A DNA stretch of 64,000 bases from Minisyncoccota bacterium (lineage in GTDB: Bacteria > Patescibacteriota > Minisyncoccia > UBA6257 > 2-01-FULL-56-20). The stretch is from contig JBAYLC010000001.1 in the NCBI GenBank assembly GCA_041664245.1, positions 190,585-254,584 on the forward strand. The letters run 5' to 3'. The translations under genes were made by a program, and so were the position numbers. Under the pieces are notes generated by a model that searched no databases, was not told the DNA's origin, and worked only from the letters and a program-made list of their open reading frames with translations. Positions 9,034-18,498 of this stretch are shown here, piece after piece; position 1 is the stretch's first letter; every line of letters starts with the position of its first letter.

Positions 9034-11553
9034 ATGAAAGACAAAATAATTATCAAAGGCGCCCGCGAGCATAATCTGAAAAATATTAATCTCGAAATTC
9101 CTCGCGATAAAATGATTGTTTTTACTGGGTTATCTGGTTCCGGAAAATCTTCGCTGGCTTTTGATACCATTTTCGCCGAAGGCCAACGCCGCTATATTGA
9201 ATCCCTTTCCGCCTACGCCCGGCAGTTTTTAGGCCGGCTCGATAAACCCGACGTCGATGAAATTGAAGGTCTCTCGCCGTCAATTTCTATTGATCAAAAA
9301 AGCCATTCGTCCAATCCTCGTTCCATCGTTGCGACCATCACGGAAATTTACGACTATCTCCGCGTTCTTTTCGCGCGGGTTGGCAAGCCGTTTTGCCCCA
9401 AGTGCGGCAAAGAAATCCGCCGAATGACCAATGAAGAGATTGTCGACGCTGCCATTGATTTTTCCAAAGCTCACAAAAATATTCGCGAAATTACAATTCT
9501 TGCGCCCGTGGTGCGGGGACGAAAAGGGGAGTATTACCAGATGCTTTACGATTTTCTAAACGCCGGTTTTTCGGAAGTTCGTTTAGATGGAGAATTCAAA
9601 TCGCTTCGCCATCGGATTGAACTAAGCCGTTATAAACAGCACACGATTGAATTAATCGTCGATAAAATTCCCGGCAATATGAATTTCAAGGAAAAAGATA
9701 ATCGGCTTCGCTTGGCCGAGGCCGTTGAATCAGCGCTTAAATACGGCCATGATGTTATCACGATTTTAATCGGCGGTGAAGAACTTTCCTTGTCTTCAAA
9801 ATTCGCCTGCCCCGAAGATAATTTTTCCTTTCCCGAAATCGAACCCCGCTTGTTTTCGTTTAATAGCCCCTATGGCGCTTGTCCGGAATGCCATGGATTA
9901 GGCACGGAAGATGTCTGGTCCGAAAAAATTTGTTTGCTCTGCCAAGGCAAGCGATTAAAAGAAGAAGCGCTTAACGTTTTAATAAAAAATAAAAATATTG
10001 TTTCCTTAACTGCTTTATCAATTTCCGAAGCGTTCGCTTTTTTCACCAAACTAGAAGAATCATCGGCCGATAAATTTATGGCCGTGGCCGAACTGCCGCT
10101 TCGGGAAATCAAAAGCCGTTTGAAGTTTATGATTGATGTCGGTCTTGATTATCTGACTCTCGATCGCAAGGCCGGAACGCTCTCGGGCGGCGAGGCGCAA
10201 AGAATTCGATTAGCTTCTCAAATCGGTTCTCGCTTGGTTGGCACTTTATATATTTTAGACGAACCGACGATTGGTCTTCATCAGCGCGATAACGCTAAAC
10301 TAATCAAAACTCTCCATGATCTCCGCGACATTGGCAACACAATTATCGTTGTTGAACACGACGAAGAAACTATTCGAGAATCAGATTATCTTGTTGATTT
10401 TGGACCCGCCGCCGGCGTTCACGGCGGCAAGATTGTTGCCCAAGGGCCGATCCCGGAAATTTTTAAAGACCCAAAGCAAAGTTCGCTTACTCTGGATTAT
10501 TTAAACGGCAAGAAGTCAATTCCTATTCCCGATGAACGCCGTAAAATCGGGAAAAATCAAGAATATTTAAAAATCAAAAGCGCCTTTGCTAATAATCTTC
10601 AAAACATTGATATTAACATTCCTCTCCGGCGTTTTACCGCCATCACCGGTGTTTCCGGTTCGGGTAAAAGTTCGCTCCTTTATGATGTCATCTATAAATC
10701 CCTTTCTGACGGTGTAAGTCGCGCCAGAAGCAAGCCAGAGGGCTGTAAAGGGGTTCTAGGCACGGAATACTTTAACCGCACGATAAATATTGACCAATCA
10801 GCAATCGGTCGCACTCCGCGCTCCAATCCGGCGACCTACGTCGGCGCTTGGACTCATGTTCGTGATCTTTTTGCCTCCACGCCTGATGCCCGAGTTCGCG
10901 GTTATAAACCCGGCCGATTTAGTTTTAATGTTCCCGGCGGGCGTTGTGAAAACTGCGAAGGCCACGGCACCATCGCCATTGAAATGCATTTTTTGCCGAC
11001 CGTTTATGTTGAATGCGATATTTGCCACGGCAAACGTTTTGATCGGGAAACATTAGAGGTTGAGTATAACGGAAAAAATATCCATGACGTTTTAAAAATG
11101 ACCGTCGAAGAGGCCGTGAAATTTTTCCGCGATATCCCGTGGCTTCACGAAAGATTAAATATTTTAGAAGAAGTCGGTCTTGGTTATCTTGAGCTCGGCC
11201 AATCCGCTACCACTCTTTCGGGCGGTGAAGCTCAAAGAGTTAAGCTCTCGGCCGAGCTTGGCAAGCGCGATACCCATCGCACGCTTTATCTTCTAGACGA
11301 ACCAACCACCGGCCTTCATTTCGGCGATATTCAAAAACTTCTGGAAGTTTTGAATCGTCTCGTGGAAAAAGGGAATACAGTTGTTTTAATTGAGCACAAC
11401 TTAGACGTTATTAAAACCGCCGACTGGGTAATTGACCTCGGTCCCGAAGGCGGAGTGAAAGGCGGCAAAATTATCGCCGAGGGAACGCCGGAAGAAATCG
11501 CCAGAAAGGCAAATAGTTTTACCGGCGAATATTTAAGAAAAGTTTTGAAGTAA
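9034..11553 (+). CDS. uvrA: Excinuclease ABC subunit A (UvrA), short form with reduced insertion domain
   Basis: Two ABC ATPase modules ([14 protein letters not shown]; [13 protein letters not shown]), zinc-finger cysteines, LSGGE signatures; 839 aa versus about 940 typical. Confidence 0.95.
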   Translation: MKDKIIIKGAREHNLKNINLEIPRDKMIVFTGLSGSGKSSLAFDTIFAEGQRRYIESLSAYARQFLGRLDKPDVDEIEGLSPSISIDQKSHSSNPRSIVATITEIYDYLRVLFARVGKPFCPKCGKEIRRMTNEEIVDAAIDFSKAHKNIREITILAPVVRGRKGEYYQMLYDFLNAGFSEVRLDGEFKSLRHRIELSRYKQHTIELIVDKIPGNMNFKEKDNRLRLAEAVESALKYGHDVITILIGGEELSLSSKFACPEDNFSFPEIEPRLFSFNSPYGACPECHGLGTEDVWSEKICLLCQGKRLKEEALNVLIKNKNIVSLTALSISEAFAFFTKLEESSADKFMAVAELPLREIKSRLKFMIDVGLDYLTLDRKAGTLSGGEAQRIRLASQIGSRLVGTLYILDEPTIGLHQRDNAKLIKTLHDLRDIGNTIIVVEHDEETIRESDYLVDFGPAAGVHGGKIVAQGPIPEIFKDPKQSSLTLDYLNGKKSIPIPDERRKIGKNQEYLKIKSAFANNLQNIDINIPLRRFTAITGVSGSGKSSLLYDVIYKSLSDGVSRARSKPEGCKGVLGTEYFNRTINIDQSAIGRTPRSNPATYVGAWTHVRDLFASTPDARVRGYKPGRFSFNVPGGRCENCEGHGTIAIEMHFLPTVYVECDICHGKRFDRETLEVEYNGKNIHDVLKMTVEEAVKFFRDIPWLHERLNILEEVGLGYLELGQSATTLSGGEAQRVKLSAELGKRDTHRTLYLLDEPTTGLHFGDIQKLLEVLNRLVEKGNTVVLIEHNLDVIKTADWVIDLGPEGGVKGGKIIAEGTPEEIARKANSFTGEYLRKVLK

Positions 11554-11685
11554 AACTTTTTATTGGTAAAAAAGAATTCATAAATCTTTATTCTTAAATC
11601 ATAAATCGATTTTATCTTGTATGTTATAATACAAAAGCGCGAAAATTGAATTAGAAAAGGCCGAATTAATATATAAAACAACAAC

Positions 11686-11871
11686 ATGGACCAAGAAATT
11701 GTTAAGCAAAAAATGAGTGTTCTAATGAATGCCTGTCCGTGTAGTTCGGGAAAGATGTTCTTTGCCTGTTGCGGCAAAGAAAAAGCTATGGAAATTTCCA
11801 GCGAAATTTGCCCGTGCGGTTCTGGGAGTATGGTCAAAGATTGCTGTATGAAAAGTCCCGAAAGCCATTAG
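11686..11871 (+). CDS. Small protein composed of two SEC-C zinc-binding motifs (YchJ/SecA C-terminus-like)
   Basis: CPCSSGKMFFACCG and CPCGSGSMVKDCCM match SEC-C motif CPCGSGKKYKxCxG twice; 61 aa. Confidence 0.7.
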   Translation: MDQEIVKQKMSVLMNACPCSSGKMFFACCGKEKAMEISSEICPCGSGSMVKDCCMKSPESH

Positions 11872-11894
11872 TTTTTGACAGGTTGATTTCTAAG

Positions 11895-11922
11895 CCGCGG
11901 CTTCCAATGGCTGCGGTTTTTG
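11895..11922 (+). terminator. Intrinsic terminator after SEC-C gene
   Basis: CCGCGGC-ttccaatg-GCTGCGG then TTTTTGTTTAT. Confidence 0.55.
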
Positions 11923-11940
11923 TTTATATTAAGCACGAAA

Positions 11941-13158
11941 ATGACTAAAGAAATATTTTACAAAAACTTACCCCTTACCCCCGGCGTTTATTTAATGAAA
12001 AATAAAAAAGGGGAGATTATCTACGTTGGCAAGGCTGGCAATTTAAAGCGTCGAGTTTCAAGCTATTTTCAGCGCGCCGGTGACTGGAAAACCGAAAAAC
12101 TAGTCAACGAAATAAAGAAAATTGATTATCGGAAAACCGACACCGCGCTTGAAGCGCTCATTCTAGAAGCCGATCTAATCAAAAAATATCAACCAAAATA
12201 TAACGTCTTGGAAAAAGATGACCGCAGTTTTTTGTATGTTGTCATTACTAAAGAAGAATTTCCCCGTTTAGTTCTTGCCCGCGGAAAAGACATAAAAAGC
12301 GAAAAAGATAAATATTCAAAAATCTACGGCCCATTTGTCTCCGCGCGAAGCGTCCGCGAAGCTCTAAAAATTATCCGCCGGATTTTTCCGTGGAATACTC
12401 ATGACGAAAATTTTTTAAAACAGAGTAATAATCGCCCTTGTTTTGATTTTCAAATCGGCAATTGTCCCGGTGTTTGTGTCGGTGAGATCAGTAAAAAAGA
12501 TTACCAAAAAACCGTGAAACAAATTGAACTATTTTTTGCCGGTAAAAAGAAAAAAATTATTCAAGCTCTAAATAAAGAAATGAAAATAAAAAGTAGGGGA
12601 TTAGAATTTGAAGCCGCCGAAAAAATCCACCGGCAAATTTTCGGCCTCCAACATATCAACGACATCGCTTTCATCAACGAAAATCAAGCTCCCCATTCTC
12701 CATTCTACATTCTCCATTCCACCCGTATTGAGGGCTACGATATCTCCAATATTTCTGGCACCTCCGCCGTCGGCTCAATGGTTGTTTTTTCTAATAACAA
12801 ACCCGATAAAAATGAATATCGAAAATTCAAAATTAAAACCGTAAAAGGCGCCAATGATGTTGGTATGTTAAAAGAAGTTTTAACTCGCCGATTTAAAAAT
12901 AACTGGCCGCAACCGCAATTGATTCTAATTGATGGGGGAGTGGGACAGATAAACTCTGCCCGAAAAGTTTTGAAAGAATTTAATCTTAAAATTCCCATGC
13001 TTGGCATCGTCAAAGGCCCGCAAAGAAAAAACAATTTCATAATTGGCAATATTCCTAGTTGGACCGATAGAAAAACCTTAATTCAAATTCGCGACGAAGC
13101 CCACCGTTTTGCAATCAGTTACCATAAAAATCTAAGATCCAAACAAAGTTTGACTTAA
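11941..13158 (+). CDS. uvrC: Excinuclease ABC subunit C (UvrC), lacking C-terminal (HhH)2 domain
   Basis: GIY-YIG (GVYLMKNKKGEIIYVGKAGNLKRRVSSYF), UVR domain, RNase-H-like EndoV domain ending ...IRDEAHRFAISYH; ORF track start 11920 overlaps terminator so ATG 11941 preferred. Confidence 0.9.
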   Translation: MTKEIFYKNLPLTPGVYLMKNKKGEIIYVGKAGNLKRRVSSYFQRAGDWKTEKLVNEIKKIDYRKTDTALEALILEADLIKKYQPKYNVLEKDDRSFLYVVITKEEFPRLVLARGKDIKSEKDKYSKIYGPFVSARSVREALKIIRRIFPWNTHDENFLKQSNNRPCFDFQIGNCPGVCVGEISKKDYQKTVKQIELFFAGKKKKIIQALNKEMKIKSRGLEFEAAEKIHRQIFGLQHINDIAFINENQAPHSPFYILHSTRIEGYDISNISGTSAVGSMVVFSNNKPDKNEYRKFKIKTVKGANDVGMLKEVLTRRFKNNWPQPQLILIDGGVGQINSARKVLKEFNLKIPMLGIVKGPQRKNNFIIGNIPSWTDRKTLIQIRDEAHRFAISYHKNLRSKQSLT

Positions 13159-13222
13159 ATTAATATTTATATTATTTTATAGTTAGTAAAATTGATAATC
13201 TACAAGCAATAAGGAGGAATTT

Positions 13223-13573
13223 ATGTCTGATTTTCAGCCACTCTCGAAAGTTGATTCGGTCTGGTTCATCACTTCTAGTATATTGTCAATAAGGGAACTG
13301 CAGTCTTCTCAAGAGAATAACTGTTCAATTACCTTTTCGATTGAGAAGGTTGGAGAGGAAGGGAAAACTCTCAAGGTTGAAGTAACCATCGACGGAATTT
13401 CGGTTTCTGGTGTGAGAAAGTGGGATTCAGGACGACCAAACAAGCGACAGTTTGAGGGCACGTATGATGTCAAGGGTATCGTGATGTATGGCAAAGTCTG
13501 GTCGTATTTTCTTGGAACTTTCAATTTCAATACCGGCAAAGGGCGGATTGAGTTGAGTTCCACTATCGATTAG
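13223..13573 (+). CDS. Hypothetical protein (116 aa)
   Basis: Strong SD AAGGAGG 5 nt before ATG; no recognisable domain. Confidence 0.55.
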   Translation: MSDFQPLSKVDSVWFITSSILSIRELQSSQENNCSITFSIEKVGEEGKTLKVEVTIDGISVSGVRKWDSGRPNKRQFEGTYDVKGIVMYGKVWSYFLGTFNFNTGKGRIELSSTID

Positions 13574-13636
13574 AACATTTGAATAGTTGCTGAAATCAAA
13601 AAATAAGTTGTTCTGGTAACACGAAAGGATTTTCAA

Positions 13637-13849
13637 ATGAAATTACCACTCCAAGAACTAGGGTCAGAGGGCAAATTCCTTCATCCCAGTGACCCCGATG
13701 GGAGCAATGGTCAAACGTCGGTATCGGGGGCAACATTAAGCATCTTTTGTCGATTTGTTGATAGATTTGGTTGGCCTCTTCGCCCCCAAACTCACCAAAC
13801 CAGATGGGAGAGAATTTACCAGGGACTTAAGCTAATCTTTGGGAAATAA
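13637..13849 (+). CDS. Hypothetical small protein (70 aa)
   Basis: ORF only; weak SD; followed by terminator at 13865-13900. Confidence 0.3.
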   Translation: MKLPLQELGSEGKFLHPSDPDGSNGQTSVSGATLSIFCRFVDRFGWPLRPQTHQTRWERIYQGLKLIFGK

Positions 13850-13864
13850 TCACCAATTTCAATA

Positions 13865-13900
13865 GGCGAGCGCTGCTAGTTAGTGCTCGCCTGTTTTTTA
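13865..13900 (+). terminator. Intrinsic terminator
   Basis: GGCGAGCGC-loop-GTGCTCGCC then T6. Confidence 0.7.
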
Positions 13901-13927
13901 TTTCAAAATTTGTTAAAATCATTACCT

Positions 13928-14899
13928 ATGGACCAAAAACAAAAAGTTTCACCCAAAGATGTTTTTATTCATCTTTTAGCGATTATCGCGCTTTACTTTA
14001 GCGCCGGCAGTTTTATCACTTTAATTTTTCAAGCGGTAAATTTAAAGTTTCCCGATAAACTGGAAGCTGGGCAATATTACCTCGCGAGCAGTTCCCTTGT
14101 TTCAATTCGTTTTGCCATCGCTTCGCTAATTATCATTTTTCCGGTTTATATTATCACTAGTTGGTTTCTAAATCGCCTTTACACGAAAGAGCCAGATAAG
14201 CGGAATATTCGCATTCGCAAATGGTTGATTTACTTCACGCTTTTTATCGCCGCCCTAACCATTATTGGTAATTTAGTGACTTTAGTTTATACCTTTCTTC
14301 AGGGCGAGCTAACCACCCGCTTTATCTTCAAAGTTATTACGATTTTCTTCGTTGCCGGTTCAATTTTCTTTTACTATTGGACCGAACTAAAAAATTATCA
14401 AGACAGCATCGCCAAAAAGAAACTAGCTCTAGGTCCAAAGATTTTCGTCTATAGTGTGGTGGCTATTGTACTAGCCGCTCTTATTTGGGGATTTACTCTA
14501 GCGGGTTCGCCAAAAAATGAACGCCTTCGCCGTTTCGATAATCAACGCATCAGTGATCTTCAAATGATCCAATCCTATCTAACTGACTATTGGCAAAACA
14601 AAAATAAATTGCCAGAAAAACTGGCGGATCTAAATGACAATCTCCGTGGCGTTGTTGTTCCTAAGGATCCGGAAACCAGTTCGGACTATTCTTACGGCAT
14701 CAATAGTTCAACCTCTTTCAAGCTATGCGCCAATTTTTCTTTTGCTGACCAAAATGTTTTCGGCGTTGATATCCCCGCGGTGCCAACCAAACCAATTTCC
14801 GCTTTTTCCAGTCCGGTCAGCTGGCAACATTCCACCGGCGAAAATTGTTTCGACCGAGTTATTGATAAAGACTTTTTCCCTAAACCGATTAAGCTTTAA
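13928..14899 (+). CDS. Polytopic membrane protein with C-terminal pseudopilin (GspG)-like domain
   Basis: 4-5 predicted TM helices N-terminal; C-terminal RRFDNQRISDLQMIQSYLTDYW...DPETSSDYSY resembles T2SS/T4P pseudopilin globular domain (cf DPWGNPYQY). Confidence 0.55.
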   Translation: MDQKQKVSPKDVFIHLLAIIALYFSAGSFITLIFQAVNLKFPDKLEAGQYYLASSSLVSIRFAIASLIIIFPVYIITSWFLNRLYTKEPDKRNIRIRKWLIYFTLFIAALTIIGNLVTLVYTFLQGELTTRFIFKVITIFFVAGSIFFYYWTELKNYQDSIAKKKLALGPKIFVYSVVAIVLAALIWGFTLAGSPKNERLRRFDNQRISDLQMIQSYLTDYWQNKNKLPEKLADLNDNLRGVVVPKDPETSSDYSYGINSSTSFKLCANFSFADQNVFGVDIPAVPTKPISAFSSPVSWQHSTGENCFDRVIDKDFFPKPIKL

Positions 14900-15116
14900 A
14901 AAATAAGCCCCGACTTTGATCGGGGCTTTTATTCCTGTTATTAGGATAATTTCCAGAAAAGTTGCAGATGCCGAAAATGGACAAGATTAATCCGATTAGT
15001 AATACGATTAAAAATCGTTTGACTTTTTTATCACGCAAAAACCAAAATGATAAAAAAGATATTCCAATTCCAGCACCCAGAATCAACACCGGCCATTGTC
15101 GGAAAAATTCCTTCAT
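14889..15116 (-). CDS. Small two-TM membrane protein (hypothetical)
   Basis: GAAAGGAG SD 6 nt upstream of ATG; hydrophobic; 3' end overlaps convergent gene and terminator so extent uncertain. Confidence 0.35.
   Translation of the reverse strand: MKEFFRQWPVLILGAGIGISFLSFWFLRDKKVKRFLIVLLIGLILSIFGICNFSGNYPNNRNKSPDQSRGLFFKA
14905..14932 (+). terminator. Intrinsic terminator
   Basis: AGCCCCGA-ctttga-TCGGGGCT then TTTTATT. Confidence 0.75.
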
Positions 15117-15257
15117 CTATCGCTCCTTTCTATTCTCGAGATTTGATTTGTTAGCTCATTTTAAGATATAGGCAGTTTCAATAACTGTCAATCCTGAAAT
15201 AGTAAAATTGCTAAAGTCCTTATAATTATCTAAAATCACCAAGTTAGCATTAAATTA

Positions 15258-15926
15258 ATGGACATTTTTTCTCACGGTCTCTGGGCTAACGCAGTTTTCG
15301 AAACTGCCGCTCAAATAAAATTTAAAAAAAGAAATCGCCTTAGTGTTTGGTTGGGCATCTTTTTTGGAATCATGCCTGATCTTTTTTCCTTTGGTATTTT
15401 TTTCGCCGTTGGCATTTTTAATAAATTACCGGTAATTCTAAGTTATATAGGCTCCAGATTACTAGAAGAATTGAATCGAATTATTACTAGCATATCTTCT
15501 TTGGCGCCCAATACCGGGCAAACCATCGGTAAAATTGCGGAAAAAACTTGGGGAGCATTACCGAGCGGCCCGCCCGATCCCGGGTCAATCCCAAATTACG
15601 TTTACACTCTCTATAATTTCACTCATAGCTTTCTGATCTTCGCTCTTATTTTTGGAGTTGTCTGGTTTCTCCGAAAAAAACCCTATTGGCTCTTGGCTGG
15701 TTGGGGACTTCATATTTTCATCGATATCTTTTCGCATACCGAAAAGTTTTTCCCGACTCCCTTTTTATTTCCAATTTCCAATTTTCACGTCAGTTTAACT
15801 AGCTGGGGCAATCCACTTTTTATGATTATTAATTATTCCGCTCTGATCAGTGTCTACCTTTGGCTATATGGTTTTTCCTCCCGAAAAAAATCAATCAAAA
15901 AAAGTGCTAAAAGTAAAAAGGATTAA
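15258..15926 (+). CDS. Membrane-bound metal-dependent hydrolase (DUF457/YdjM-like)
   Basis: Starts MDIFSHGLWA with conserved His, multiple TM helices, HTEKFFPTP motif. Confidence 0.5.
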   Translation: MDIFSHGLWANAVFETAAQIKFKKRNRLSVWLGIFFGIMPDLFSFGIFFAVGIFNKLPVILSYIGSRLLEELNRIITSISSLAPNTGQTIGKIAEKTWGALPSGPPDPGSIPNYVYTLYNFTHSFLIFALIFGVVWFLRKKPYWLLAGWGLHIFIDIFSHTEKFFPTPFLFPISNFHVSLTSWGNPLFMIINYSALISVYLWLYGFSSRKKSIKKSAKSKKD

Positions 15927-16467
15927 TCCGGCGATTAAAAAAATTGTCAGAAGCGGGGGAGTGGGGGTTATGCCAACCGACACAATTTATGGCCTAGTCG
16001 GTTCTGCGATGATCCCAGAAACAGTCGAACGAATTTATAAACTTCGCCGCCGTGATCCAAAAAAACCGCTTATTGTCTTAATCGACAAAATTTCCGACCT
16101 CAAAAAATTCAAAATTACCCTAAACCCTAAACTCTATAACCTAGCGGCTAGTTATTGGCCGGGTCCAGTCAGTATTATTTTGCCTTGCCCACTAAAAAAT
16201 TTTTCCTATCTTCATCGCGGCACCAAAACAATTGCTTTTCGCCTCCCTAAGTTAAAATGGCTTATAGAATTTTTAGATGAGGTTGGGCCGCTTGTCGCGC
16301 CGAGCGCAAACCCGGCGGATAGGCATCCGGCTAGGAACATTCGTCACGCCGTTAGATATTTTGGAAATCAGGTGGATTTTTATATCGATAGCGGCGAAAA
16401 AAAAATAACCAAGCCGTCAACCCTACTTAAAATTACAGAAAAGGGAATCGAAACACTGCGCCAGTAA
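15868..16467 (+). CDS. tsaC: L-threonylcarbamoyladenylate synthase (TsaC/YrdC family)
   Basis: YrdC signature SGGVGVMPTDTIYGLVGSA...KLRRRDPKKPLIVLI; exact start ambiguous (GTG 15850 / ATG 15868), overlaps upstream gene. Confidence 0.8.
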   Translation: MVFPPEKNQSKKVLKVKRINPAIKKIVRSGGVGVMPTDTIYGLVGSAMIPETVERIYKLRRRDPKKPLIVLIDKISDLKKFKITLNPKLYNLAASYWPGPVSIILPCPLKNFSYLHRGTKTIAFRLPKLKWLIEFLDEVGPLVAPSANPADRHPARNIRHAVRYFGNQVDFYIDSGEKKITKPSTLLKITEKGIETLRQ

Positions 16468-16479
16468 TGAATCCAAAAG

Positions 16480-16992
16480 CTATTTTTTATTTATCATCCC
16501 CGCAATCAGATTATTGATTTCATCAAGGGGTTTTGCTAATTCCTCTGAAAGCGTATTGTCGGGGCCGGCAAAAAAACGGTCTACCAAAACATTGCCATTT
16601 ATTTCAATTTTTATGCTTGTTAACATTCCCTCACCTGGTTGAGACAAAACAGGAACTGTGTCCTTCTCGGTAAGATTCTGATATTTTTTAAAATCAAGAA
16701 TTAGAATCTTATCCCAAATTTCCTGAAATTCTGAGATATTAATTTGCATTGTCTTCGGCGCTACTCCTTTTATTCCATTTCTCTCCATGGCGGCGGCGTT
16801 TAAACCCGGAACGTATTTCAATTCAATTTTATCTCCCTCTTTTTTTAGGTTATATTCGTTGCCGTAAGCGAAAACAATAGAATTTGGAATGTTCTCAATT
16901 TTTTCCATATTTTTAGAATTAAATTTAAAAGAGAAAATTATCGCTCCAACCGCAATAATAAAGGCAACGATTATAAGCATTACTGAACGCAT
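16480..16992 (-). CDS. Hypothetical membrane-anchored protein
   Basis: N-terminal TM helix, no recognisable domain. Confidence 0.5.
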   Translation of the reverse strand: MRSVMLIIVAFIIAVGAIIFSFKFNSKNMEKIENIPNSIVFAYGNEYNLKKEGDKIELKYVPGLNAAAMERNGIKGVAPKTMQINISEFQEIWDKILILDFKKYQNLTEKDTVPVLSQPGEGMLTSIKIEINGNVLVDRFFAGPDNTLSEELAKPLDEINNLIAGMINKK

Positions 16993-17202
16993 TTCCGTTA
17001 GTATTAATTATACAACAATTTCCATCCATAAATTAACGTCATTCGCATGTAATTCGCAATGTTTATGTCGATAACAACTAGTCCGAATTCTTGACTCACA
17101 GTTCCGCAAAATGCTACAATCCCTAAAAGCTCTCAGCGAGTGCTTTTTTCTTCTCGAAAAATAATTTCTTAAAGGTCGGCTATTAGAAATAAAAAAATAA
17201 AA

Positions 17203-17715
17203 ATGTCAAAAAAAACATACATAATAATTGCCGTAATCGTTGTTGTGGTTGTGATCTTTATATTGATCAGCGGAAATAAAAATAACGAAAACTTGAACAC
17301 CGTTAAAACCTCCACCGTCAATATTGCTGCTTTTGATAACTCGGGCATTTCGGGAACTGCCACAATCACGGAAGTAGAAGGCAAGTCTAAGGTTGTCGTC
17401 TCTCTAAATGGATATCCAGTTGATGCTAACGAACCAGCTCGAATTAATACTGGTTCTTGCGCGAGTTTGGGCGGTGAAAAATATCCCCTTACTAATGTTG
17501 TAGGCGGCGCTTCTGAAACCGTTCTTGAAGTTTCTTTTGATGATTTAATGAAGCAGTTGCCATTGGCGATTAACATTCATAAATCAGAAACCGAATCCGA
17601 CAAAAACGTTGCTTGCGGCGACATTGTCGCGCCAACTCCGGTCGGAGATGACAGTCAAACTACTCCGCCTGCCGTGAACGAAAACAGCACCGGAACCGCT
17701 CCTGTTACTGAATAA
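17203..17715 (+). CDS. Membrane-anchored Cu/Zn-superoxide-dismutase-like (SodC-fold) protein lacking metal-ligand histidines
   Basis: GISGTATITEVEGKSKVVVSLNGYP...INTGSCASLGGEKYP aligns with SodC (GSVTITETDKGLEF...HGFHIHAKGSC...AGGHLDP) but His ligands replaced; N-terminal TM anchor. Confidence 0.45.
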   Translation: MSKKTYIIIAVIVVVVVIFILISGNKNNENLNTVKTSTVNIAAFDNSGISGTATITEVEGKSKVVVSLNGYPVDANEPARINTGSCASLGGEKYPLTNVVGGASETVLEVSFDDLMKQLPLAINIHKSETESDKNVACGDIVAPTPVGDDSQTTPPAVNENSTGTAPVTE

Positions 17716-17751
17716 GTTTTGTAGTTAGAATATATAAATATCACTTAAACT

Positions 17752-17789
17752 AAAAAGTTCCGAAATATTCGGAACTTTTTAGTTTTTTC
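17752..17789 (+). terminator. Intrinsic terminator
   Basis: AAAAAGTTCCGAA-atat-TTCGGAACTTTTT then AGTTTTTT. Confidence 0.8.
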
Positions 17790-17817
17790 AGAATGGTAAA
17801 AATGCTAAAATAAAAAA

Positions 17818-18141
17818 ATGATTCCTTATGAAGATTTTTCAAAAATTGATTTAAGAGTAGTAAAAATATTAAATGCCGAAAGAATCTCTGGTTCGGATAA
17901 ACTTTTAAAACTTCAAGTTAACTTAGGTGAGGAAGGAAATCGCCAAATCATCGCCGGCATCGGAAAAGTCTACAATCCAGAAACTTTAGCCAATAAAGAG
18001 ATAATTATCGTTTCCAATTTAGAAACCCGAATTCTCTTAGGTGAAGAAAGCCAAGGAATGCTTCTTGCCGCCTCTGGTGAAAATGGCCCAGTTCTATTAG
18101 TTCCTGAAAAAGAGACTCCGCCTGGCGCCAAAATCAGTTAA
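17818..18141 (+). CDS. tRNA-binding domain protein (CsaA/Trbp111/MetRS C-terminal domain-like)
   Basis: KIDLRVVKILNAERISGSDKLLKLQVNLGEEGNRQIIAGI classic OB-fold tRNA-binding domain. Confidence 0.8.
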   Translation: MIPYEDFSKIDLRVVKILNAERISGSDKLLKLQVNLGEEGNRQIIAGIGKVYNPETLANKEIIIVSNLETRILLGEESQGMLLAASGENGPVLLVPEKETPPGAKIS

Positions 18142-18204
18142 TTTGACCGGTTAGTAGAGCTTCGAATAAACACACGCCGAAGAATTCGGAGTTTCACTAC
18201 TCGG

Positions 18205-18233
18205 TTGACAAAATTACTCAAACCGATTATAAC
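18205..18233 (+). promoter_or_regulatory. Consensus sigma70 promoter TTGACA-N17-TATAAC driving a non-coding transcript
   Basis: TTGACA 18205-18210, 17-nt spacer, TATAAC 18228-18233. Confidence 0.6.
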
Positions 18234-18239
18234 AAACGA

Positions 18240-18445
18240 AGATACTCCATTTAGTCAAGCCATTGCCTGGGTCCTATGACATCCAATCCCGGGCTCTGAT
18301 TCCTTCGGTTTCAACCAAGACCGGAGGGCTTAAGCGTTGACGTGCGTGAAAAAGCTTATCCTGCCTAACATCCCCCCATAGCTTTTTGCGTATGTCAACG
18401 CCCATTCCTACCGGGGCAGCCATCGACTGCCCCGTTTTTTATTTC
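18240..18445 (+). ncRNA. Candidate structured ncRNA or riboswitch-like leader (about 205 nt), class unassigned
   Basis: Own promoter, no ORF, several stable stems (CCUUCGGU/ACCGGAGG; GCGUUGAC...GUCAACGC), ends in GGGGCAG-loop-CUGCCCC + U6 terminator 49 nt before a micro-ORF. Confidence 0.45.
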
Positions 18446-18498
18446 TTGTGTGATATAATACCCAAGTCGGGTAAAATATTTTTTTTATCACCATCAAT

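Noticed and set aside
18240-18445. Assignment of the candidate ncRNA to SRP RNA, tmRNA or 6S RNA
   Set aside because: No SRP domain-IV GGAA-tetraloop/AGCAGC motif, no tRNA-like T-arm/CCA end, and no 5'/3' closing stem with central bubble could be found by eye; class left open.
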